In this document: positions 9,282 to 19,075 of the stretch, one piece after another | Layout: each line of letters begins with the position of its first letter | Numbering within the stretch: the first letter of the stretch is position 1 | From: Fusobacteriia bacterium UBA1095 | GTDB taxonomy: Bacteria; Fusobacteriota; Fusobacteriia; Bac17; UBA816 | Length of the DNA stretch: 64,000 nucleotides | Assembly: GCA_002313635.1 (NCBI GenBank) | Contig: DCBY01000005.1 | Coordinates: forward strand, 75,145-139,144 | Reading direction: 5' to 3' | Position numbers and translations under genes: made by a program | The notes under the pieces: generated by a model | Databases searched by the model: none | What the model was told of the DNA's origin: nothing | What the model saw: the letters and a program-made list of their open reading frames with translations, nothing else

Positions 9282-12200
9282 TAAAACCTCAAACTAGCTT
9301 CAAAATTCAAATTCAAATTTTTGAAATTTTCTAAAAGCTTATTACTGACAAACATAGACTCTAGGCTAGACACACCAATTTCAAAGTCATGCCTACCAAA
9401 ATTTGTTTTCTTAGAAAGACCTAACCCTTTAAATAATATGTTATCAAATGGAGACTCAAAAGAAAAGAAGAATCTCCATCTATCTATTGTAAAAAATACA
9501 AAATTGATCTCTTGAATGGATGACCCATTTTGGTCCATTATGCTGTCCAAACCAACAAAGAATAGGTTTTTATAAACGTTAGTTGAAACTTCTAACCTCA
9601 GATCGGCAAGTGGGCTAGCCAAATCTCCCTCTATTAAATTAGATAGATCAAAAAATGGGCTACTAAGCTTAAATTGATATAGTCCAAAAAAGCTCTTTAC
9701 TCTCTTAGCAAGAGGATTTAATAATAGAGATCTACTAATTTGATTACTTAAAATATTACCACCAGAGGCTAATAAATTTTCATTATTCCCTCCAGCACTT
9801 AGTAGATAAAGTATATCTCCTAGTTCCAATTTATTATTATTTTCATCATAATCATCTGACCAAAGAGAAACATAAAAAATTTCATCGTCTTCTTTGGATG
9901 CTTCATCATCTACAACTACAATATCTTTACTACCTAAGTTGCCCTCTAAAGATAGATTGATATTTTTACCTAAAATTGAAGAAGATGCTAGAAGATTTAG
10001 GCCAGGATATATAGATTCTCCATTGAAATTAACTTTCATATTTAACAAAGAGAATTCATATTTATTAAATTCTATAGACCCAGACTCAGAGCTAATAACA
10101 CCCTTTATTACAAAGATATCATCTATATTTTCTAATTCTAAATTCCCAGCAACATCTATGTCCACCTTGTCTAAATTAAGAAAATTACCTAGTTTAATTT
10201 TCAATGCATTCTCTATAGATAGTGACAATTTTTTCAAGCTAAACATAGGTTTTGTAGAACTATCTCCAAATGCAAAATTGTCAAATACATCGACTACATC
10301 TCCTGACAATATTTGCATATCACCCTCTATTTCATTATTAACAATTGACCAATGAGAATTAAAAGCAAAATTAAAATAATTATCTAATGAAAAAATTGTA
10401 TTTTCTGTTTTCATATCTCCTTTAACCTTTTTATCCTCAAGACTATAATTTAATTTACCTAAAATTTTCCCTTCATTAACATGTGAATCTAGACTTATAT
10501 TAAGTTCATTATTAGCTAAATTTATTGAAGAATTAAGATTGTAAAATGAGAGCCTAGAATTAATATTAGGCAAATATTTTTCTAAATTTAAAACATATTC
10601 AACGTTTGATAAATTTATAGATCCATTCCAAAATTTAGAATTAGATTCTATATCTATAGAGCAGTCTCCTTTTATATTTTCTAAGTAGTCATTTTGATCA
10701 TTCAAAAATGCAGCTACTTCTAAGTCCAAACCTTTAATTTTAAAATCATATAAGAAATTTTTAAATGTCATATTCCCTTCAAACTCTATCTTTTCATTAA
10801 AGCTTTCTACAAATGAATTTCGTAATTCTAATCTATCATTATCACCATCTACATCAATTTTTAATCTATCAAAAACTATGAATCTATCTTTAAAGTTATT
10901 CATTTCTAGATTTAATCTATAATTTATTTTTGATAATTCACCATCTAAATGAAAATCAAAATTTGTCTCTCCATCCGCCTCAAATATATCTTGTAGCTGT
11001 AGTCCACAGCCTTTGCAATTTAGTAATATGCTATTATCCTTTAAATTAAGGTATCCTCTTGAATCTAAATAAAGTGCTTTTTCATTATCAGAAGAAAATA
11101 AAAATAATTCACTTACAGATACTTTGTAGTCGCTATAACCTACACTAAAACTAATCTTAGGGAAAAAGTCACTAGATAAAAAGATATCTCCCTTAACCAA
11201 AGGCGAAGAAATTTTTCCAAATATAGTAAAGTCCCCAACCAAACTAACTTTGAATGGAACTTCTTTTAATATTTCAGATAATACATTGTCAAATGCTAAT
11301 CTTGCAGTTATATCTATATCTTCGCCAATCTGTCCTTCTAAATTACTTTTACCAAATGAAAAATCATCTATGTATACAGCTTTATCATCATAGGACATGG
11401 ATCCAATTACAGGAATACTTAAATCACCAACAGTAACATCTAAATTATTTATATTTATTTTTCTCTTCTCTAAGTCTATATCTACATTTTCAATTTTGAC
11501 AAATGAGTTTATAGCCCATTCATTCATGGCAAAGTCTAAAAGAGGGTCTCCATCAAAAGGTATAAATCCTTCTAATCTAAATATATCAGTTGCTAGTTTC
11601 CTTAACCTAATTCCACTTTCACTAATAACAATACTTAATATTGGGCTTGTAAGTGATGTATCTACAACATCAGAATAAAAAACATTAATACTTTCTCCCA
11701 TGAAGTAGAGAGAGAGAGATTCTTCATTTACAATTCCTTTGAAACCTAGTTTGGGTATACTTACTTCTGCATCATCAAGATTGACATTTAAATCAAAAGT
11801 ATTTGAAGATATCTCATTTTGGTTCCCTTCAGCTTGAAATAAAAAAGGCTCAAAAGAAAAGGCATCAGACTTAATTTGCTTGAAATTGAGATTAGAATAT
11901 AATTTATAAAGTTTTAAATCATTAAATCCTATAGATAAATCCATATCTCCTGAAAGATCTATTTCTAAATCTTGAAATTTAATTTTATTCACCTCAGGTA
12001 TCTTAGCAGAAAAAGATAAAGAGTTATTGTGTAAAAAGATATGAGAGGTTAATCCTCTGTTAGACAGATCGATCTGAAAATTATCTCTATTTTTTTTGAA
12101 AGATAAATCTAAGGAATCATCTAAAATGTATGCATCTAAGAAATGAGATTTTATGCTTCCTTTGAAATTATCAAAACTTTTGTCAAAATATAAATCTCCT

Positions 12201-13480
12201 GATGCTTTTACTCTAAAGGAAGGTATAGGAAGATTTGAGCTCAAAAACTGTAGGGCCTCTGAACATATATTACTAGATAAACTCATTCTATAACCAGACT
12301 TATTCTCAATAATAGCTAGGTCAAAATAGCCCTCTTCTAACTTGGATTTAAATTGCAAATTTGATAGCCCATCTTTATTAAGTAAAATAGATAGGTCAGC
12401 TTTAATGAATTCATCTTTAAAAATGTGTGCACCTTTAGAAGAAATTCTTCCGTTTATCTCTGTAGAATTATTAGGTATATCTGTAATTATTCTAATCTTA
12501 CCTTCTATATCTCCATCTGCAACTAAATTAAATTTATTTAATTGACTTATATTATCAATCAGTTTAAAAGGAAAATCGTCAAATTTGATGGTTAAAAATA
12601 GTGTTTTATTAGCAATATCAACACTTAAACTAGTCTCTACATCTCTATCTAAAATTGTTGAATTTATTTTGCCTTTAATAAAATCTTGATCTATCTTTAC
12701 TAATCCACTTGAAAAAAGTGGTACATCCTTCAAGATAGAAGTATCAGAGTTAGTGTTACTAAATTCTATCTCACCGGCTATATCTCCGTTATCTATTTCA
12801 AGATCTACATTTGCAATACCTTCATTAAATTTTATTATATCTTCAGCTTTTGTGTATAATGAAAACTCTTCCTTAATTTCAAGATTTTTAATTGAAAGTT
12901 TGACGTGTGGGTCTCTTTCTGTTAGCTCTACTTTGCCAAAATAGCTTGTTTCTCCATCTTTACCATTTCCGGATATGCTTATGACAGAGTTTTTATTGTC
13001 AAATTTAACCCGTCCTTCTATATAAGGTACATCTACGATAATATCTTTAGAATATGTTTTGTCAATAAATGTTAAAGTAGAATCCGTTAAGGTAACGTCC
13101 CCCAATTCAGGAACTGAAAAAACATTCTCTTCTTTGTAGTCTGGCTCTTTGTTAAAAGGATAAGCCCAATTAATAAAATTATTTTCAAGATCTATCTCTA
13201 AAGTTAAACTACTCTTCGAGATATTTACATACTCTACAATTTTACTACTTCTAAGATTAAGCCCTACTTCTGCCCTGCCTATATAACCTAATTGTCTTCC
13301 CAGGTCATCTTTTACATGAGCTCTCTCTATGGTAACCTTATTTAAAGAGAGCTTTATAACCTCTGCTTGTATATTAATGCCAATCAGAAGCTTAGTTATA
13401 AATCCTATCAAGTAGCTCATAAAAATATTTTTTATGATAAAACTACTTAACACAGAGGAAAAAAACAGAAGTTTTTTCAT
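9281..13480 (-). CDS. tamB: TamB-like translocation and assembly module protein (DUF490 family)
   Basis: The 1399-aa protein has an N-terminal TM anchor, a long beta-rich body and a C-terminus ...FEASLRF. Its stop overlaps the bamA start (ATGA-type coupling). Confidence 0.65.
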   Translation of the reverse strand: MKKLLFFSSVLSSFIIKNIFMSYLIGFITKLLIGINIQAEVIKLSLNKVTIERAHVKDDLGRQLGYIGRAEVGLNLRSSKIVEYVNISKSSLTLEIDLENNFINWAYPFNKEPDYKEENVFSVPELGDVTLTDSTLTFIDKTYSKDIIVDVPYIEGRVKFDNKNSVISISGNGKDGETSYFGKVELTERDPHVKLSIKNLEIKEEFSLYTKAEDIIKFNEGIANVDLEIDNGDIAGEIEFSNTNSDTSILKDVPLFSSGLVKIDQDFIKGKINSTILDRDVETSLSVDIANKTLFLTIKFDDFPFKLIDNISQLNKFNLVADGDIEGKIRIITDIPNNSTEINGRISSKGAHIFKDEFIKADLSILLNKDGLSNLQFKSKLEEGYFDLAIIENKSGYRMSLSSNICSEALQFLSSNLPIPSFRVKASGDLYFDKSFDNFKGSIKSHFLDAYILDDSLDLSFKKNRDNFQIDLSNRGLTSHIFLHNNSLSFSAKIPEVNKIKFQDLEIDLSGDMDLSIGFNDLKLYKLYSNLNFKQIKSDAFSFEPFLFQAEGNQNEISSNTFDLNVNLDDAEVSIPKLGFKGIVNEESLSLYFMGESINVFYSDVVDTSLTSPILSIVISESGIRLRKLATDIFRLEGFIPFDGDPLLDFAMNEWAINSFVKIENVDIDLEKRKININNLDVTVGDLSIPVIGSMSYDDKAVYIDDFSFGKSNLEGQIGEDIDITARLAFDNVLSEILKEVPFKVSLVGDFTIFGKISSPLVKGDIFLSSDFFPKISFSVGYSDYKVSVSELFLFSSDNEKALYLDSRGYLNLKDNSILLNCKGCGLQLQDIFEADGETNFDFHLDGELSKINYRLNLEMNNFKDRFIVFDRLKIDVDGDNDRLELRNSFVESFNEKIEFEGNMTFKNFLYDFKIKGLDLEVAAFLNDQNDYLENIKGDCSIDIESNSKFWNGSINLSNVEYVLNLEKYLPNINSRLSFYNLNSSINLANNELNISLDSHVNEGKILGKLNYSLEDKKVKGDMKTENTIFSLDNYFNFAFNSHWSIVNNEIEGDMQILSGDVVDVFDNFAFGDSSTKPMFSLKKLSLSIENALKIKLGNFLNLDKVDIDVAGNLELENIDDIFVIKGVISSESGSIEFNKYEFSLLNMKVNFNGESIYPGLNLLASSSILGKNINLSLEGNLGSKDIVVVDDEASKEDDEIFYVSLWSDDYDENNNKLELGDILYLLSAGGNNENLLASGGNILSNQISRSLLLNPLAKRVKSFFGLYQFKLSSPFFDLSNLIEGDLASPLADLRLEVSTNVYKNLFFVGLDSIMDQNGSSIQEINFVFFTIDRWRFFFSFESPFDNILFKGLGLSKKTNFGRHDFEIGVSSLESMFVSNKLLENFKNLNLNFEASLRF

Positions 13481-13487
13481 ACTTCTC

Positions 13488-14513
13488 CTACAAACTTACA
13501 GAATAACCCATATTAAACATAAAAACATTCTCAGTTAATGAATAAATAGGTCCAAACAATATATCGCCCATTATCATGTCAAAAAAGAGTTTATAATGTG
13601 TATCAGGTATATTTGTAGCCTTGACACCAATTTTAGCGTTTTTGCCTAAGTTACAGGATGCAATAACACCAAAGGAATCATACATCATACCAGCATATAA
13701 ATTTAAGAAGTTAATACTCTTTTTAAAGTAAAAAGAGTATCCTTCTTTCCAACTGTAAAAATTTCTTTTAGAAACATAGAGATCCATTAAAGAGATTATT
13801 ATCTCTGAATCAATATCTTTCTCAGCTAATAAGTTCCATTCTACTCTTGCTTCAAGGGATAATTTCAACATACTTGCAACGGATTTGGTTATATTTTCAA
13901 AATTTCTTAAACTATTGTCCAAATGTTCAGATTCAAGCAAATCTCTCAGTTCATTAGTTGCTATATTTATATTCTCTATAGCTTTTATTAGATTGGCATT
14001 CCCTGACTCGTTGTACTGCTTTATTATTTCGTTAACATTGTCCCCCAGTTCTTTTAACCTTAAATCGGACAGGACACCGTTAACACTTTCAACAACTTCA
14101 GTTGCTCTCTCCAAAATTAGGTTAGTTGAAATGGGACCTGTACCCAATATCAAATCACCATTTTTCAGGTAACCTTCAAACTCTTTTGGTCTGAAAATAC
14201 TCACTTTCAAATTACCTATCATGCCCACGGGTGTTATTTTCACTTGAGAACCTATAGGTATCTTTACTGATCCATCTATCTCTAAATCTACCACAACTGA
14301 ATTTTGGCCTAGATATACGTCTCTAACAGATCCTATCTTTACTCCATTCATAAAGACTGAAGTACCAATGGCAAGACTTCCTGTATCAGTAACCTCTACT
14401 TTTACGGAGTAAGACTTTCCCCATCGATTCCACATATTTTTATATATGTATATAAAGCTGAAAATGCCAAGCGCTATAATTCCCAAAACAGCTAGCACTC
14501 TATATTTTTGCAT
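13488..14513 (-). CDS. mlaD: MCE-domain (MlaD-like) protein with a roughly 150-aa C-terminal extension
   Basis: The protein has an N-terminal TM helix and then an MCE fold (VTDTGSLAIGTSVFMNGVKIGSVRDV...). It lies downstream of an MlaF-type ATPase. Confidence 0.65.
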   Translation of the reverse strand: MQKYRVLAVLGIIALGIFSFIYIYKNMWNRWGKSYSVKVEVTDTGSLAIGTSVFMNGVKIGSVRDVYLGQNSVVVDLEIDGSVKIPIGSQVKITPVGMIGNLKVSIFRPKEFEGYLKNGDLILGTGPISTNLILERATEVVESVNGVLSDLRLKELGDNVNEIIKQYNESGNANLIKAIENINIATNELRDLLESEHLDNSLRNFENITKSVASMLKLSLEARVEWNLLAEKDIDSEIIISLMDLYVSKRNFYSWKEGYSFYFKKSINFLNLYAGMMYDSFGVIASCNLGKNAKIGVKATNIPDTHYKLFFDMIMGDILFGPIYSLTENVFMFNMGYSVSL

Positions 14514-14591
14514 ACAACAAGTTCCCCTTTAAAAAATTTATTCACAAAATTATAATATCACTTATAGAAACAAACATCAAATATCATAGAA

Positions 14592-15320
14592 TTAATCTAT
14601 ATCAGCGTCACCATTTATAAAACTGATTAACATTTTGTTATTTCTTATATCAGAGACTTTACCATAAAATGCAATTTTTGACTTTAGCAAAAATAAAACC
14701 TTATTTGCAACTTTGTCTAATGAAAGCATATCATGAGTTACAGTAACTGAAGTTAAGTTAAAATCATTGTTTAGTTTACCTATGAGTTGATTTATAGCTT
14801 TTGACCTAACAGGATCTAGCCCAGAAGTAGGTTCATCATAGAACATAAATTTAGGATTTCTCACTATAGCTCTTGCCAAAGCTACTCTCTTTTGCATTCC
14901 ACCAGAGAGCTCATCAGGCATTTTATTTGATGCTCCTTTTAGTCCGACCAAGTTTAAAGTTTTTTCAACTTTAGTTTTTATCTCTGATTCATTAAAATCA
15001 CTGTGGGATACAAGAGGAAAAGAGACATTTTCATAAACATTCATAAAGTCAAAGAGAGCTGATCCTTGAAAGAGAATCCCCATCTTTTTCCTTAGAACAT
15101 CTAGCTCATCCTCAGAAGCATTGATTATATCAACACCATCAACTTCTACTGATCCCGAATCTGGCTTCAAAAGGCCTAATATGCATTGTAAAAGAACACT
15201 CTTCCCTTCTCCTGAAGGACCTATTATGGCAAGTTTATCACCTTCATTCATATGAAAAGAAACTCTGTCTAAAACCCTTTTGCTACCGAATGCTATAGTT
15301 AAATTATCTACTTTGATCAT
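14592..15320 (-). CDS. mlaF: ABC transporter ATP-binding protein, MlaF/Ttg2A family
   Basis: Walker A GPSGEGKS, signature LSGGMQKRVALARA, Walker B FMFYDEPTSGLD; 242 aa. Confidence 0.8.
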   Translation of the reverse strand: MIKVDNLTIAFGSKRVLDRVSFHMNEGDKLAIIGPSGEGKSVLLQCILGLLKPDSGSVEVDGVDIINASEDELDVLRKKMGILFQGSALFDFMNVYENVSFPLVSHSDFNESEIKTKVEKTLNLVGLKGASNKMPDELSGGMQKRVALARAIVRNPKFMFYDEPTSGLDPVRSKAINQLIGKLNNDFNLTSVTVTHDMLSLDKVANKVLFLLKSKIAFYGKVSDIRNNKMLISFINGDADID

Positions 15321-15355
15321 GACTTTCCTAACTTTATTATAAATTTTAACACAGA

Positions 15356-16024
15356 CTATTGAGAAGAGAAAATTTTTCTAAGATTCTTTCTAGGCTTTGT
15401 TATCTTGTTGGATATTTTCACTACTTCTACTATATAAAAATTTCTGTCCATTATTTTGTATTCTGTTATTTTGGAGAGTTGAGATCCTAGAAAGTCAAAA
15501 TTTGTTATCTCAATTTCTTCCTTATATCTTGGTCCTTTCTGTGCTAAAAGTTTCCCGCCTATTCTTAGTAAAGGCATAGAGTATTCTGAAATAATTGGTA
15601 GTGAAGCCACAGCTCTTGCAGTAGTATAATCAAAATCTTTTTTATCTATATCTTCTACCCTACTATTTATGACTTCAATATTATTTAAGCATAACCTATC
15701 TACAATCATATTTAAAAAGTTACTCTTTTTAGATATTGATTCAACCAGTGTAACTTTTATATCTTTGACTATTGCCAAAATGATACCTGGAAATCCTGCT
15801 CCACTTCCTATATCTAATAGAGAACCACGGTCTATCTCTTTAGATAAAATATAAGAATCTACAAAATGTCTTTCTATCATATCCTCTTCAGAGTTAAATC
15901 TTATTAAGTTATATTTCCTATTTTCCTCTAATAAAACATTTGCAAAAAGGATAAACTTATTTAAAATATCATCTGAAATATTAAAGCCATGCTTACTGAA
16001 AATATTTCTAAATTTTTCTTCCAT
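15356..16024 (-). CDS. rsmG: 16S rRNA m7G527 methyltransferase RsmG (GidB)
   Basis: The 222-aa protein has the SAM-binding motif LLDIGSGAGFPGIILAI. It overlaps the mnmG stop. Confidence 0.85.
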   Translation of the reverse strand: MEEKFRNIFSKHGFNISDDILNKFILFANVLLEENRKYNLIRFNSEEDMIERHFVDSYILSKEIDRGSLLDIGSGAGFPGIILAIVKDIKVTLVESISKKSNFLNMIVDRLCLNNIEVINSRVEDIDKKDFDYTTARAVASLPIISEYSMPLLRIGGKLLAQKGPRYKEEIEITNFDFLGSQLSKITEYKIMDRNFYIVEVVKISNKITKPRKNLRKIFSSQ

Positions 16025-17894
16025 TTCTCTCCTTTTCTAACTTCTCAATATATAAAATGAGGAACGATATATCTGCAGGATTAACTCCTGAAATTCTAGA
16101 AGCCTGTCCTATATTTATAGGTCTGATTTCACTAAGTTTCTGTTTAGCTTCTGTAGCTATATTTTGAACTTCATTAAAATCAAAATTCTTTGGTATCTCT
16201 TTAGACTCAAGCTTTTGTTGTTTCTCTAGCATTTCCATTTGAATATTTATGTAGCCTTCATACTTTATTTCTGTTTCAATATGATACTCCACTTCACTTG
16301 ATAGGTAAGGAAGGTCTATGATTTTTTTTATATCTTCATATACTATATTGTTTCTTTTAAGTAGATTATATAGACTTATACCACTTTTTAAAGTCTCTCC
16401 TCTTTCTTCTAACAGCCTCTTTACTTCTGGATTGAATGTGCTTACATGACTTTTTTTCAACAAGCTTTTTACCTCTTCAACCTTAGCTACTTTTTGTTTA
16501 ACTTTTTCATATTTCTTTTCACTTATTAATCCTAGATCATACCCTATTTTAGAAAGCCTTATATCAGCATTGTCATACCTTAGAATAAGTCTATACTCTG
16601 ATCTAGCAGTTAAAACTCTATAAGGCTCGATTGTTCCTTTCGTTATAAGGTCATCAATCATTAGTCCAATATAAGAGCTGTCTCTTCCTAAAATTACAGG
16701 ATCTATATTTTTTATTTTTAATGCAGCATTAATACCAGCAATTAGACCAGATGCTGCTGCTTCTTCATAACCTGTTGTACCTATTATTTGACCACCAAAA
16801 AATAATCCTTCTATCTTCTTAGATTCTAGACTATATGACATAGCTTCAGGTTTTATATAATCATATTCAACTGCATAACCATACCTCATAATAGAGGCCT
16901 TTTCTAAGCCTGGTATTCTTTTTAACATAGATTCTTGAACATCTACTGGTAGGCTTGTTGACAAACCATTAAGATAAAATTCATTAGTAGAGTAGCCTTC
17001 TGGTTCTGCAAAGACTTGATGTCTCTCTTTATCCTTAAATTTGCTAACTTTATCCTCTATTGAAGGACAGTACCTAGGCCCTTGAGAATTGAGTGTTCCA
17101 TTAAATATTGATGCTTTGTTCAAATTACTCAATACTTTATTATGAACTTCAACATTAGTATGGGTTAGATAACAAGATAGTTGCTTACGATTTTTTATAC
17201 TTTCATCAGTTGTGCTATCTGAAAATTTCAGTGATGAACTGTCCCCAGGTTGTTCTATCATAACACTGAAATCAATACTATTTTTGTTAACTCTAGGAGG
17301 AGTTCCTGTTTTGAATCTAGACATTTCTATTCCTATTTTTTCTAAAAACTCAGGAAGTTCTTTTGAAGAAGGCTCACCCATACGGCCTCCCTCTTGTCTG
17401 GATTTACCTATATGTAGAGTTCCTCTCATAAATGTACCAGTAGCTAGAACTACACTCTTTGCTTTGTAGATTAATCCCTCTTTTGTTTTTACAGCAGATA
17501 CTTTAAAGTCTTCCAAAATCAATTCAGAAATTTCAGCTTGTATAGCTGATAACTTGTCTTGATTTTCTATAGCTTGTTTCATTTCAATATGGTACAAATT
17601 TTTATCTGCCTGAGCTCTTAAGGCCCTGACTGCAGGTCCCTTCTTTGTGTTAAGAACTCTCATTTGTATGAAAGATTTATCTATATTCTTTGCCATCTCC
17701 CCACCGAGAGCATCTATCTCTTTCACAAGATGACCTTTTGCAGGACCACCTATTGAGGGGTTACAAGACATTCTAGCTACATTATCTAAAGTCATTGTAA
17801 ACAATGCAGTTTCCATTCCCATTCTTGCAGCGGCTAAAGCTGCTTCACAGCCAGCATGACCTGCACCAATAACAATTACATCAAAACTTTTCAT
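16008..17894 (-). CDS. mnmG: tRNA uridine 5-carboxymethylaminomethyl modification enzyme MnmG (GidA)
   Basis: The 628-aa protein has FAD-binding FDVIVIGAGHAGCEAA and is full-length GidA-like. Confidence 0.9.
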   Translation of the reverse strand: MKSFDVIVIGAGHAGCEAALAAARMGMETALFTMTLDNVARMSCNPSIGGPAKGHLVKEIDALGGEMAKNIDKSFIQMRVLNTKKGPAVRALRAQADKNLYHIEMKQAIENQDKLSAIQAEISELILEDFKVSAVKTKEGLIYKAKSVVLATGTFMRGTLHIGKSRQEGGRMGEPSSKELPEFLEKIGIEMSRFKTGTPPRVNKNSIDFSVMIEQPGDSSSLKFSDSTTDESIKNRKQLSCYLTHTNVEVHNKVLSNLNKASIFNGTLNSQGPRYCPSIEDKVSKFKDKERHQVFAEPEGYSTNEFYLNGLSTSLPVDVQESMLKRIPGLEKASIMRYGYAVEYDYIKPEAMSYSLESKKIEGLFFGGQIIGTTGYEEAAASGLIAGINAALKIKNIDPVILGRDSSYIGLMIDDLITKGTIEPYRVLTARSEYRLILRYDNADIRLSKIGYDLGLISEKKYEKVKQKVAKVEEVKSLLKKSHVSTFNPEVKRLLEERGETLKSGISLYNLLKRNNIVYEDIKKIIDLPYLSSEVEYHIETEIKYEGYINIQMEMLEKQQKLESKEIPKNFDFNEVQNIATEAKQKLSEIRPINIGQASRISGVNPADISFLILYIEKLEKERNGRKI

Positions 17895-18162
17895 AAACTC
17901 CTTTATCTTTTATACTTTAAGATTATTATACTATAAGGGCAAAGTAGTAGAAACGTTACTTTTTATTAATTTACTATTCTACAAAGACTGTACCTAAGCT
18001 ATTCATTTCCATTTGAATGCCTATGCTTTAATTCCTTTTATTGATAATTGCAAATCATAAATCGTCGAATGAAGTTTTCTTACAATAATTTTTTTGAATA
18101 AATAAAAAATAGTAGCATATGTAATAGAGTAAATGATAAAATGGTCCCAAAACCAAGGTTAG

Positions 18163-19002
18163 GTGAAGTTTATGATATTTTTGTTAGCATTTTTAGTTTG
18201 TAGTTGTTATGACGTGAAAAGTATAGAATACTCCATAGAGGGTAAAACTTCCACTATTGTAACTGAAAAAGAGGAAAAAAAGTTATTTTATGAAGAGAAA
18301 GGTGGAATAAAATATCCTGCTAGAGGACTTATTATAAAAGAAAATTTAAAACAAGAAAACCTATACTCTTTTTATGATAAAACTATACAACAGATTAAGT
18401 TAGATGGCAAAACTTATAAGGAGACTTTCGATTTTCTCAAAATTGCTAGAAACATAAATAAAATAATTTTAACAAAAGAAGGAGCTTTAGAATTAAAAGG
18501 GTCAAGGTTGTCTTACAAAATAGACAGTTATAAAGAGAATGCCTTTTTCCACAAAGAAGAAAAAGTATTGGTAGTAACTTTTGAGCTTTCTAAGGATGTA
18601 GCTGAAGTAGAGGGATACTTCTGGGTAAAAGCAAAAATTGTGGATAGTAATGGTAACTTTATTTTAACAAATTACTTGAAGTTTCCAGTTTTAATGAAGG
18701 ATAAATGGAATAAAATTCTTCCAGGAGAGGATCAATTTATCTATCCTAATGAGATATTACTGCTTTTTGATGATGAAAAGGTTAAGAGAGAAGGCGGTAT
18801 AGATCCAGAGGCAAAAGTTAGGTTGAAAATATCTAATGGGTATGCAGAGCTTTGGAAAGAGCGAAAAGAAATTTCAAGAGTAGCCTTAGAATTTAAAGAA
18901 GAAGATTACACTTTTCTGTCTTTAACAAATGAAGAAAAAGATGCTATTAAAAAACTGGGATGTTTTACTAATATAGTTAATTTAATAATGAATTTAAAAT
19001 AA
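18163..19002 (+). CDS. Hypothetical lipoprotein
   Basis: The signal MKFMIFLLAFLVCSC has a lipobox. The start is GTG at 18163 or ATG at 18172. There is no recognisable domain. It is the only plus-strand gene in a 34-kb minus-strand run. Confidence 0.55.
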   Translation: MKFMIFLLAFLVCSCYDVKSIEYSIEGKTSTIVTEKEEKKLFYEEKGGIKYPARGLIIKENLKQENLYSFYDKTIQQIKLDGKTYKETFDFLKIARNINKIILTKEGALELKGSRLSYKIDSYKENAFFHKEEKVLVVTFELSKDVAEVEGYFWVKAKIVDSNGNFILTNYLKFPVLMKDKWNKILPGEDQFIYPNEILLLFDDEKVKREGGIDPEAKVRLKISNGYAELWKERKEISRVALEFKEEDYTFLSLTNEEKDAIKKLGCFTNIVNLIMNLK

Positions 19003-19075
19003 GCAATAACTTGCGTGTAATTGACAATTTTATTTAATTTTTAAACAAAGAAGTTTAACAATAGTTCTCAGTTTA

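Noticed and set aside
5146-17469. Numerous 60-150-aa plus-strand ORFs (for example 5146..5430, 8191..8439, 9894..10355, 13885..14172, 17212..17469)
   Set aside because: All lie antisense within strongly supported minus-strand housekeeping genes of an AT-rich genome, where stop-poor antisense frames are expected. There are no start signals.
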